Shown here in pieces: positions 1 to 7,877 of a stretch of DNA of 17,832 nucleotides. The stretch covers positions 1-17,832 of IMG/VR virus record IMGVR_UViG_2537561685_000014; one strand, written 5' to 3'. The stretch's first letter is position 1. Each line of letters opens with the position of its first letter. The notes beneath the pieces were generated by a model that had not been told where the DNA came from, searched no databases, and saw only the letters and a program-made list of their open reading frames with translations. The stretch comes from a virus. Taxonomy: Duplodnaviria > Heunggongvirae > Uroviricota > Caudoviricetes. The translations under genes and the position numbers were made by a program.

Positions 1-91
1 ACAGCTTACGAACCTGAGGAGTAAGAGACCAGGCGGGGGAGAATCCCTCGCCACCTCTGATGTGTCAGGCATCCTCAACGCACCCGCACTT

Positions 92-118
92 AACCCGCTT
101 CGGCGGGTTTTGTTTTTT
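92..118 (+). terminator. Intrinsic terminator-like hairpin
   Basis: Stem CCCGC / GCGGG with loop TTCG, followed by TTTTGTTTTTT. It lies inside the 5' part of the 62..469 ORF, so it probably ends an upstream transcript. Confidence 0.5.
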
Positions 119-190
119 CCTAGCATTCTGGTTTACAATTCGCACGCCAGCCTGAACAACTGGCACCTGCTGCGCCAGCAGAGACAACCG

Positions 191-469
191 ATGGCGCACG
201 ATACCAAATTACACAATTCTGATGATTCTGCCGTCTTTGCCAGCAGGCACGGGCGGCGTTCCCGCACTTTCAAATCTGACTGGTTCCAGCATCCCCCATG
301 CACTGAAGAACAGGCCGAGTGGCTAATTCAGTGCTACCGCAGACACGGATACGAGATTAAGAAAGCCCTCAGCCTCGATTATCGTCACTGGATAATCTCC
401 GTCAGGCTTCCTTACTCCGAACGCCCACCGCGTCCGTCCCGCACATTCCAGCAACGCATCTGGAGGTAA
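191..469 (+). CDS. Hypothetical nin-region protein (92 aa)
   Basis: First ATG after the terminator hairpin, in the frame that stays open back to the window edge; stop 2 nt before the next gene. No family recognised. The start could instead be GTG 62 or lie upstream of the window. Confidence 0.4.
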   Translation: MAHDTKLHNSDDSAVFASRHGRRSRTFKSDWFQHPPCTEEQAEWLIQCYRRHGYEIKKALSLDYRHWIISVRLPYSERPPRPSRTFQQRIWR

Positions 470-470
470 C

Positions 471-1517
471 GTGCGGGTATTACTTCGACCTGTTCTGGTA
501 CCGGAACTCGGGCTGGTGATCGTTAAGCCGGGCCGGGAATCCATGCCGGTATTCCACAATACCCGGGTACTGGTGGAGCCGGAACCGAAAAGCATGCGTA
601 ATCTGCCGTCCGGGGTCGTTCCTGCCGTTCGCCAGCCGCTAGTGGAAGACAAAACATTGCTGCCGTTTTTCAGTAACGCACGGGTGATTCGTGCTGCTGG
701 TGGTGCTGGTGCATTGTCTGACTGGCTGTTGCGCCATATTAAATCCTGCCAGTGGCCTCATGGTGATTACCATCACAGCGAAACCGTCATACATCGTTAC
801 GGTGCTGGCGCGATGGTGTTGTGCTGGCACTGTGACAACCAGTTGCGTGACCAGTCCTCCGAATCACTTGAGCAACTTGCTCACCAAAACCTGTCAGCAT
901 GGATGATTGATGTCATGCGCCATGCAATGAATGGCACACAGGAGCGGGAATTATCGCTGGCTGAATTATCCTGGTGGGCTGTCTGCAATCAGGTGGCGGA
1001 CGCACTACCGGAGGTAGTATTACGTCGTTCTCTGGGGTTACGTGCGGAAAAAATTCGCTCGGTGTACCGCGAAAGCGACATCGTACCGGGAGAGCAGACC
1101 GCCACCAGCATACTGAAGCAGCGCACAAAAAATCTTGCGCCGCTGCCTCACGCCCACCAGCAAAATCCACCACAGGAAAAGACGGTGGTCAGCATTGCTG
1201 TTGATCCGGAGTCTCCGGAATCTTTCATGAAGCGACCTAAACGTCGCCGTTGGGTAAATGAGAAATATACGCGCTGGGTAAAGACACAGCCGTGTGCGTG
1301 TTGTGATAAGCCAGCCGACGATCCCCATCACCTGATTGGTCATGGTCAGGGCGGAATAGGGACAAAATCCCACGATATTTTCACGCTACCGCTGTGTCGG
1401 GAGCATCACAACGAGCTTCATGCGGATCCGCTGGCGTTCGAAGAAAAGCATGGTTCCCAGATTGATTTAATTTTTCGTTTTCTTGATCGCGCCTTTGCAA
1501 CCGGCGTGCTCGGGTAA
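471..1517 (+). CDS. DUF968/YdfU-like nin-region protein with C-terminal HNH-like Cys/His motif
   Basis: 348-aa ORF with GTG start 4 nt after GGAGG. C-terminus has PCACCDKP...DPHHLIGHGQGG...LPLCREHHNELH, an HNH/zinc-finger-like pattern that I recall from YdfU-type prophage proteins. Confidence 0.55.
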   Translation: MRVLLRPVLVPELGLVIVKPGRESMPVFHNTRVLVEPEPKSMRNLPSGVVPAVRQPLVEDKTLLPFFSNARVIRAAGGAGALSDWLLRHIKSCQWPHGDYHHSETVIHRYGAGAMVLCWHCDNQLRDQSSESLEQLAHQNLSAWMIDVMRHAMNGTQERELSLAELSWWAVCNQVADALPEVVLRRSLGLRAEKIRSVYRESDIVPGEQTATSILKQRTKNLAPLPHAHQQNPPQEKTVVSIAVDPESPESFMKRPKRRRWVNEKYTRWVKTQPCACCDKPADDPHHLIGHGQGGIGTKSHDIFTLPLCREHHNELHADPLAFEEKHGSQIDLIFRFLDRAFATGVLG

Positions 1518-1529
1518 AAGAGGTTACTG

Positions 1530-1901
1530 ATGCGTATAGAGTTTGTTTTGCCTTACCCGCCGACGGTGAACACCTACTGGCGTCGTCGTGGCAGCACATA
1601 TTTTGTATCAAAAGCCGGTGAGCGTTATCGCCGGGATGTGGCACTTATTGTCCGCCAGCAGCGGCTGAAATTAAACCTGTCCGGAAGGCTGGCAATAAAA
1701 ATTACTGCAGAGCCGCCGGATAAGCGCCGTCGGGACCTGGACAATATCCTGAAAGCACCGCTGGATGCACTGACGCATGCGGGGCTTCTCATAGACGACG
1801 AGCAGTTTGATGAAATCAATATTGTGCGCGGTAAGCTCGTTCCTGGTGGTCGGCTGGGCGTGAAGATTTGCGAAATTAGAGGTGATAGTAATGGGGCGTG
1901 A
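1530..1901 (+). CDS. rusA: Holliday-junction resolvase RusA
   Basis: 123 aa; ATG preceded by AGAGG. Motifs LPYPPTVNTYWRR, PDKRRRDLDNILKAPLDALTHAGLLIDDEQ and GGRL match the RusA pattern. Typical position just upstream of Q. Confidence 0.85.
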   Translation: MRIEFVLPYPPTVNTYWRRRGSTYFVSKAGERYRRDVALIVRQQRLKLNLSGRLAIKITAEPPDKRRRDLDNILKAPLDALTHAGLLIDDEQFDEINIVRGKLVPGGRLGVKICEIRGDSNGA

Positions 1902-2244
1902 TATGTATGAGGTTTTAGACCGCTGGGGGGCATGGGCTGCAGCAGAAAATAGTGGTGTCGATTGGCAACCGATAGCAGCGGGCTTCAAGGGGCTTTTACC
2001 TCATGGTAAAAAGTCACGGATTCAGTGTGATGATGACGAAGGCATTATGATAGACAGTTGTGTGGCTCGGTTGAGAAGGTATAAACCAGAGGAATATGAG
2101 CTCATCATAGCCCACTTTGTTATTGGTATCTCATTACGCACTATTGCCAAAAAGAGAAGGTGTTCAGATGGCACGATTAGAAAGGAATTACAAACTGCAA
2201 TTGGTTTTGTAGAGGGTATTACGAGCGTTATTGCATGTAAATAA
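1891..2244 (+). CDS. Late-gene antiterminator Q, small QuuD/phage-82-like type
   Basis: ATG 1891 preceded by AGAGGTGA and overlapping the rusA stop (the ORF track starts at GTG 1882). Motifs LDRWGAWAA and IAAGFKGL plus Cys-rich centre are typical of small Q antiterminators of defective lambdoid prophages. Confidence 0.75.
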   Translation: MGRDMYEVLDRWGAWAAAENSGVDWQPIAAGFKGLLPHGKKSRIQCDDDEGIMIDSCVARLRRYKPEEYELIIAHFVIGISLRTIAKKRRCSDGTIRKELQTAIGFVEGITSVIACK

Positions 2245-2247
2245 AAG

Positions 2248-2273
2248 CTAAAAGCCACCGTAGTGGCTTTTAG
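2248..2273. terminator. Bidirectional terminator-like hairpin between convergent genes
   Basis: Perfect 11-bp inverted repeat CTAAAAGCCAC / GTGGCTTTTAG with CGTA loop, T-rich on both strands; sits 4 nt after the Q stop. Confidence 0.6.
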
Positions 2274-2450
2274 CATTTTAGGATTGTGCAGGTAATGTTT
2301 TGTTCAATTTAGTAAAGAAGTTAGATTGGCTTGTTACAGTACGTCGACTCTTTCCAGAAGTACTCAACTGAAAGAAATCATTGATGCTTTTGGGTTGAGT
2401 TCTTTCATAGGCTTGCTTAAGTGACATGTGTTCCCCTTGTCTATTTGTTG

Positions 2451-3734
2451 CTATGACCGTGAAAAGTAGTGATGGTTCAGTTCTTTTGCAAAATAGTGCT
2501 TACGTTTAACCCAGATAAAACCATCAGCTTTAGAAATGATTGCAACATCTATGGGGCCTCCCACTGTTTCAGTATCATCGGAGACCTTGCGCTTGAAAGC
2601 GGTTAAATTTACTAATGATTCAGCCATATAAGCTAAATCTTGCTTGGGTAAAAACTCGATCATATTTACGACTTTGTCAACATAGTTTTCTCGGACAAAG
2701 CTATCAATACGCCCCTTGCAATCGGAAACAGTTCTGCGCACTACATCAACTATAGCATCCTTGGCTCCTTCGATATCTGAAGTGGGCACCAAATCTGTGA
2801 TTACTGAATCAATACCATCAAGTAAATCGCCGATAGAACGTTGATACTCAGCATGAAGATTTTGGATAAGATGTGAACTAGCTCCTTGCATGAAAGCAGA
2901 AACTTCATCCTCTTGCGCAAAGGGAGTCACGCCGCAATTAGGAGTGATGCAGCACTTGTCAGCATCTGTGGTTTTCCTTATTTTATCATTAAAGAAGCCA
3001 CAAACTTCATATGATAATACTTTAGGGTAATAGTCTTTATCGCCATAACCTGCAATCACAATCCCAGAGACGGAACCAATATCACTTTGCTTGCATATCA
3101 TAGCTGCCAATACATCACTAACTGCTTTTGTCAACTGTGGAGTTATGGATATTGAATCAAAGTCACTAAACTTTTGAGCAATGATGCGTTGGGTAATTGA
3201 TGAAGCATAGGTTTGGGCTGCTTGTTCATCATCCGGAGTAAAACCATCAAAGTAATTAATATCAGATAATTTTGTAAGGAGATCGTTGCAATAATTCGTG
3301 AGGTCTGTAACAAATTGATTCTTATCGAAGTTAACGAGATATGTTGGTTCGAGACCTTCAGAAAAAGCATCAACAAGCATGCTGAATACAATCTCGCTCA
3401 GGAAGTGATAAAGATGAGCCTCACGCATACCTGGTGTGATGATTGATTTAGCTGACTGTAGATAATTGAAGAAATCCTCAGCATATTCCTCCAAAGAGTC
3501 AAAACATTTAGAGCCTAAATCCTTTCTATAAGCCTTAATGATAAGCTCCCATGGAGCTGTGCAGAGATCACCAGTTCCATATACCATCAAACCTACAGGA
3601 TGATGTTTAGTGAGAGCGAAAAGCTTTTCAGCGCCATTATAGATTTTATGTTTGCCGCCTCCAGAAATCGTTACAGCTGAATCTGCGGCTAAAGCTACTG
3701 CGGTCTTGTTAAATACGGCTATTTCTGCTGTCAT
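2451..3734 (-). CDS. Proteasome-beta/HslV-like Ntn-hydrolase homolog with large extra regions (427 aa); function unknown
   Basis: Long minus-strand ORF, markedly AT-rich compared with its flanks. N-terminus MTAEIAVFNKTAVALAADSAVT fits the Thr1 ... Asp17 ... Lys33 layout of proteasome beta/HslV; VGLMVYGTGDL, IVIAGYGDKD and C-terminal TVGGPIDVAIISKADG resemble other conserved proteasome segments. Family assignment is by recalled motifs only. Confidence 0.6.
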   Translation of the reverse strand: MTAEIAVFNKTAVALAADSAVTISGGGKHKIYNGAEKLFALTKHHPVGLMVYGTGDLCTAPWELIIKAYRKDLGSKCFDSLEEYAEDFFNYLQSAKSIITPGMREAHLYHFLSEIVFSMLVDAFSEGLEPTYLVNFDKNQFVTDLTNYCNDLLTKLSDINYFDGFTPDDEQAAQTYASSITQRIIAQKFSDFDSISITPQLTKAVSDVLAAMICKQSDIGSVSGIVIAGYGDKDYYPKVLSYEVCGFFNDKIRKTTDADKCCITPNCGVTPFAQEDEVSAFMQGASSHLIQNLHAEYQRSIGDLLDGIDSVITDLVPTSDIEGAKDAIVDVVRRTVSDCKGRIDSFVRENYVDKVVNMIEFLPKQDLAYMAESLVNLTAFKRKVSDDTETVGGPIDVAIISKADGFIWVKRKHYFAKELNHHYFSRS

Positions 3735-3768
3735 TTTTTACATAGGGTTTATATGTTGTGTAATGAGA

Positions 3769-3797
3769 AAAATACAAAAAAATTAACGCGTACGCAA
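3769..3797 (-). promoter_or_regulatory. Candidate sigma70 promoter for the minus-strand gene
   Basis: On the minus strand: TTGCGT (3797..3792), 17-nt spacer, TATTTT (3774..3769), about 35 nt upstream of the ATG at 3734. Weak Shine-Dalgarno. Confidence 0.3.
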
Positions 3798-3842
3798 AAA
3801 TTCTTGTAATCTGTTAAGAGTGGTTACTTCGCCACACAGCTT

Positions 3843-3868
3843 AAACCCGCCGTCGAGCGGGTTTTTTT
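3843..3868 (+). terminator. Intrinsic terminator-like hairpin
   Basis: Stem AAACCCGC / GCGGGTTT with loop CGTCGA, then TTTTGT on the plus strand. No obvious plus-strand gene ends here; may insulate the island. Confidence 0.45.
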
Positions 3869-3990
3869 GTACCTGTAAACTTGGTGCAGTACGGTAAACA
3901 CGCTGGTGGTAGTGAATACTGACTTTTTATCTTGCTGGCTTTTTAGACAAGAGTTATTGGTATGTCATGTTAACCAGAAGGGAAAAAGAC

Positions 3991-4185
3991 ATGCTAAAAC
4001 AGCAAGATATGACAGAAACGGCGAAAGTTGTTTTTAATGAATTAAGCATCGAACCGGCAACAGTCGGGGAGATTGCACAAAACACATACCTTTCACGCGA
4101 ACGCTGTCAGTTAATACTGACCCAGTTGGTTATGGCGGGGCTGGCAGATTACCAGTTCGGCTGTTACAGACGTCTTCAGCAATGA
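3991..4185 (+). CDS. Small winged-helix/HTH DNA-binding protein (64 aa)
   Basis: ATG 3991 preceded by AAGGGA (the ORF track starts at an upstream ATG 3967). Segment ATVGEIAQNTYLSRERCQLILTQLVMAGL looks like a helix-turn-helix; overall layout resembles small FaeA/PapI-like regulators (tentative). Confidence 0.5.
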   Translation: MLKQQDMTETAKVVFNELSIEPATVGEIAQNTYLSRERCQLILTQLVMAGLADYQFGCYRRLQQ

Positions 4186-4334
4186 AGGGCTTTTAATTTG
4201 TGAAAATGGGCGGCTGGTGGGTGTTGGTAGCACCTGCCAGCCATTCGCTCATGCTTACTGGTCACAAGCGAACCACGGCCCACTGCTTTAGCGCAAAAGC
4301 AGAGTGAGCCTACCAGAGTTACGCTTACTGATCC

Positions 4335-5381
4335 ATGAAAAATACTGTAAAAATAAACAGTGTTGATTTAATCAACGCTGATTGCCTGCATTTTATTCAG
4401 TCCCTGCCTGATGATTCCATTGACCTGATTGTTACCGATCCGCCTTACTTCAAGGTGAAACCCAACGGTTGGGACAATCAGTGGAAAGGGGACGAAGATT
4501 ACCTTAAGTGGCTGGACCACTGTCTGGCCCAGTTCTGGCGGGTGTTGAAACCTGCCGGAAGCCTTTACCTGTTCTGTGGGCATCGCCTGGCATCTGATAT
4601 CGAAATCATGATGCGTGAACGCTTTAATGTGCTGAACCACATTATCTGGGCGAAGCCGTCCGGACGCTGGAACGGATGCAACAAGGAAAGCCTGCGGGCG
4701 TATTTCCCGGCAACAGAGCGCATTCTGTTTGCTGAACATTATCAGGGGCCATACCAGCCCAAAAATGACGGCTATGCGGCAAAGGGGCGCGAGCTTAAAC
4801 AGTGCGTCATGGCCCCGCTGATTTCTTACTTTCGTGATGCGCGAGAATCTCTGGGAATAACATCAAAACAGATAGCGGAAGCCACCGGAAAGAAAAACAT
4901 GGCGTCACACTGGTTTGGTGCCAGTCAGTGGCAGTTGCCGAACGAGGCTGATTACAAAAAACTTCAGGCGCTGTTCGCGCGTGTTGCAGCAGAAAAACAC
5001 CAGCGCGGGGAGCTGGAAAAGCCGCACCACCAGCTGGTCAGCACATACAGTGAACTGAACCGGCAATATGCCAGCCTGCAGGAGGAGTATAAATCCCTGC
5101 GGCGTTATTTTTCCGTATCAGCTGCTGTTCCGTATACGGATGTCTGGACGCACAAGCCTGTGCAGTATTATCCAGGCAAACATCCCTGTGAAAAACCGGC
5201 AGATATGTTGCGTCAGATAATTACTGCCAGCAGTCGCCCCGGTGATTTGGTCGCTGATTTTTTTATGGGGTCTGGCTCAACAATAAAAGCAGCACTTTCA
5301 CTGGGACGTCGCGCAATTGGCGTGGAACTGGAAGAAGAGAGATTTAATCAGACTGTAACTGAAATAAAAAATAATCGTTAA
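4335..5381 (+). CDS. DNA methyltransferase, beta-class (probably N6-adenine), orphan
   Basis: 348 aa. Catalytic motif IV LIVTDPPYF near the N-terminus and AdoMet motif I DFFMGSGST near the C-terminus; this IV-before-I order is typical of beta-class amino-methyltransferases. GC content is host-like, unlike the upstream AT-rich gene. Confidence 0.85.
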   Translation: MKNTVKINSVDLINADCLHFIQSLPDDSIDLIVTDPPYFKVKPNGWDNQWKGDEDYLKWLDHCLAQFWRVLKPAGSLYLFCGHRLASDIEIMMRERFNVLNHIIWAKPSGRWNGCNKESLRAYFPATERILFAEHYQGPYQPKNDGYAAKGRELKQCVMAPLISYFRDARESLGITSKQIAEATGKKNMASHWFGASQWQLPNEADYKKLQALFARVAAEKHQRGELEKPHHQLVSTYSELNRQYASLQEEYKSLRRYFSVSAAVPYTDVWTHKPVQYYPGKHPCEKPADMLRQIITASSRPGDLVADFFMGSGSTIKAALSLGRRAIGVELEEERFNQTVTEIKNNR

Positions 5382-5549
5382 ATATGCATTTAATAATTTC
5401 TTTATTTCATAAAAAATAAAAATATATACGTATATTTACAAATCTTGATATGATTTTCCATTGAAAAGAGAGCTGGCATTATTAATATCGGTACCCGGTT
5501 CCGAAGGGGATGTAAGCGCGGTCATTTTTATTTCTCTTGAGGAACCTGT

Positions 5550-5625
<76 letters not shown>

Positions 5626-5628
5626 TAT

Positions 5629-5703
<75 letters not shown>

Positions 5704-6061
5704 GAGAAACAAGCCTTATTGTATCGTTGCACTGGCGTATTTTTTATTGCGTGGGAGCAGGTTGTTTTTAAAAGGCATTCTGTTTTCTGGCTGTGATTTG
5801 AGGTCGGTTATAGCCACAGTGCTGTTTTTTACACCACTGGAATGGTGCATTATCGGTGGAAATTGAGCATTTCCTGACAGGGGCCGATGATGCACTATCC
5901 CGGTGTTGTAAATAACACTACAGAGGTGTTCCTCAGTGCGAGGGTGGTTTATGTAACTGTTTAGCGGGAAACCACAGTATTCATGGAGAGATGGATACTT
6001 CGGGGGGCACCCGACACCTCTGTTTTTCTACTACAAAAATGATTCATCTCTGGCATTTTTC

Positions 6062-6088
6062 AACCGCCGTTCCGGGCGGTTTTTTTTA
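6062..6088 (+). terminator. Intrinsic terminator
   Basis: Stem AACCGCC / GGCGGTT with loop GTTCCG, followed by a run of 8 T. Confidence 0.7.
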
Positions 6089-6410
6089 TTCTGAACTCAG
6101 AAAAGAATACACGGGCATTGATATTACCCGTGTGGCAAGGCCATGAAAGCCAATAATGAACTGAGCGCAAAAAAAGCGCGGCTGTCGGATTAACGCCGCG
6201 GGACAAAGTCCGTGAAGAAGAATAAGCATCAGTCTCCTCCAGGAGACGATTTGATATTACTAAGCTTTAAAAATGGTTTAAACCCCCGGATTAACCTTAA
6301 TTTCAGATAAGCTTTATTTCATTTTCTCCGAGCCACGTCAGGCGCATATCACATCAGATAACACCACATAAAAGGTATCTGCGGGTGCCTTTCACGGGGT
6401 GTTTTTTTAC

Positions 6411-6434
6411 GGGCCGCTGGTGGCCCTTTTTTAT
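6411..6434 (+). terminator. Intrinsic terminator, tR'-like, just upstream of the lysis genes
   Basis: Stem GGGCC / GGCCC with loop GCTGGT, then TTTTTTATTT; 17 nt before the first lysis-gene start codon. Position is analogous to lambda tR' ahead of S. Confidence 0.7.
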
Positions 6435-6450
6435 TTACAGGAGAAAAAGT

Positions 6451-6843
6451 ATGTCTGAACCCTTATCCGGTTCCGGCACGGCTGCAGCGCTCGGCGGGGC
6501 GACGGTGTACGGGCTGTTTACCGGAACGGATTTCGGGATTGTGTTTGGTGCCTTTGCCGGGGCGTTATTTGTGGCAACGATGCCGCAGGCGCTTTCAGCC
6601 TGGCGTGTGGCGGCACATTTTCTGGTGTCGTTCATTGTTGGTGTGCTGGGGGCAGAAGTTCTGGCATCCTGGCTGGTAAAGCATACAGAGTTTGACGGTG
6701 CACCTGTCGACGCATTGTGTGCAGTACTGGTGTCAGTGGTGTCGGTGAAGATTCTCTCGTTCATCCACCAGCAGGATATTGCATCACTGGTGTCCGGTCT
6801 GTTCTCCCGTCTGCGGGGCGGAGGAGGCGGCAATGTTAAGTAA
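6451..6843 (+). CDS. Lysis-cassette membrane protein, putative holin (130 aa)
   Basis: ATG 6451 preceded by AGGAG (the ORF track starts at GTG 6385, which would run through the terminator). Three to four hydrophobic helices, Gly-rich charged C-terminus; first gene of the lysis cassette. Confidence 0.5.
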   Translation: MSEPLSGSGTAAALGGATVYGLFTGTDFGIVFGAFAGALFVATMPQALSAWRVAAHFLVSFIVGVLGAEVLASWLVKHTEFDGAPVDALCAVLVSVVSVKILSFIHQQDIASLVSGLFSRLRGGGGGNVK

Positions 6844-7111
6844 CCTTCCCGGATTGCTGAATGTGGCGTTATGCACGGTTATCGTGCTGACGCTCTTTTT
6901 TTATCGTCGTCGTGATTCCAGACATAAACCGTTGATGTCATGGCTGGCCTGGCTGCTGATGCTGCTTTATGCCTTTGCACCACTCAGTTATCTGTGCGGT
7001 CGCCCGTTAGCGGCGAACTGGCTGGCGGTGGGGCTTAATCTGCTGTTCTGCGTGTTGGTTATTCGCGCACGCGGGAACGTTTCAAAAATCTTTGTATTAC
7101 GAAGACGCTGA
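6833..7111 (+). CDS. Lysis-cassette membrane protein, putative second holin/antiholin (92 aa)
   Basis: ATG 6833 preceded by GGAGGAGG, overlapping the end of the previous gene (the ORF track starts at an upstream ATG 6779); three predicted transmembrane segments; stop immediately before the endolysin ATG. Confidence 0.45.
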   Translation: MLSNLPGLLNVALCTVIVLTLFFYRRRDSRHKPLMSWLAWLLMLLYAFAPLSYLCGRPLAANWLAVGLNLLFCVLVIRARGNVSKIFVLRRR

Positions 7112-7112
7112 T

Positions 7113-7658
7113 ATGAAGTCGAAAGATGAAATTTTTGACGAAGTTCTGGGAAAAGAGGGCGGTTACGTCAATCACCCGGATGATAAAGGCGGACCGACAA
7201 AATGGGGTATTACGGAAAAAGTCGCCCGCGCTCACGGATATCAGGGCGATATGCGTGACCTGACACGCGAACAGGCACTGGAAATCCTTGAGGCGGATTA
7301 CTGGTTCGGACCACGCTTTGATCAGGTGGCCGCATTATCCTCTGATATTGCTGCAGAGTTGTGTGATACCGGTGTGAATATGGGGCCGTCCGTAGCATCG
7401 AAAATGCTCCAACGCTGGCTGAACGTTTTCAACCTGCAAGGCAAATTGTTCCCGGATATGGACGCAGACGGGCGTATCGGCCCCCGCACGATTAATGCAC
7501 TACGGACTTATCTGCAAAAACGCGGCAAAGACGGCGAACTGGTGATGCTGAAGGCGCTGAATTGCACGCAGGGCGACCGCTATCTGGAGCTGGCAGAAAA
7601 ACGCGAGGCCAACGAGTCGTTTGTCTACGGCTGGATGAAAGAGCGCGTAGCAGTTTAA
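7113..7658 (+). CDS. Endolysin, GH108-type lysozyme with peptidoglycan-binding domain
   Basis: Motif EGGYVNHPDDKGGPTKWGIT is the glycoside-hydrolase-108 N-terminal signature; C-terminal half resembles a PG_binding_3 domain. ATG 7113 directly follows the upstream stop (the ORF track starts at TTG 7092). No signal-anchor sequence. Confidence 0.8.
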   Translation: MKSKDEIFDEVLGKEGGYVNHPDDKGGPTKWGITEKVARAHGYQGDMRDLTREQALEILEADYWFGPRFDQVAALSSDIAAELCDTGVNMGPSVASKMLQRWLNVFNLQGKLFPDMDADGRIGPRTINALRTYLQKRGKDGELVMLKALNCTQGDRYLELAEKREANESFVYGWMKERVAV

Positions 7659-7752
7659 AAACTGACGCTGAAGTGCTGAACACCCTCAACTCACGCAGGC
7701 TCTTTTCTGGGGTTACGATGAGCGAAAGTAAGGGGTACCGCATCAGATAGCA

Positions 7753-7786
7753 AAAACCCCGGCTGCTGGAACAGTCCGGGGTTTTT
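7753..7786 (+). terminator. Terminator-like hairpin after the endolysin
   Basis: 10-bp stem AAAACCCCGG / CCGGGGTTTT with 13-nt loop, followed by TAGTTTT. Confidence 0.55.
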
Positions 7787-7877
7787 AGTTTTCACGTCAA
7801 AGAGGAAATTGTGAGTAGTGAGTACGGAGAAAATCCTCGTGGGAAAGTATAAAAGATTCTTTTTGAGGTTGTCCATT

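Noticed and set aside
3143-3391. 82-aa minus-strand ORF inside the 427-aa gene
   Set aside because: Alternative frame within the longer proteasome-like ORF; low-complexity product favoured by AT richness.
2451-3734. Reading the 427-aa gene as the restriction endonuclease partner of the methyltransferase
   Set aside because: No PD-(D/E)xK-like motif seen, the N-terminus fits an Ntn hydrolase, and its AT-rich composition differs from the host-like methyltransferase. Not fully excluded; kept as an alternative in the findings.
6435-6833. 132-aa Pro/Thr-rich minus-strand ORF
   Set aside because: Antisense to the first lysis membrane-protein gene, which has a strong Shine-Dalgarno and coherent transmembrane structure.
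7562-7750. 62-aa plus-strand ORF overlapping the endolysin 3' end, considered as a spanin
   Set aside because: Alternate frame of the endolysin, no transmembrane segment or lipobox; not spanin-like.
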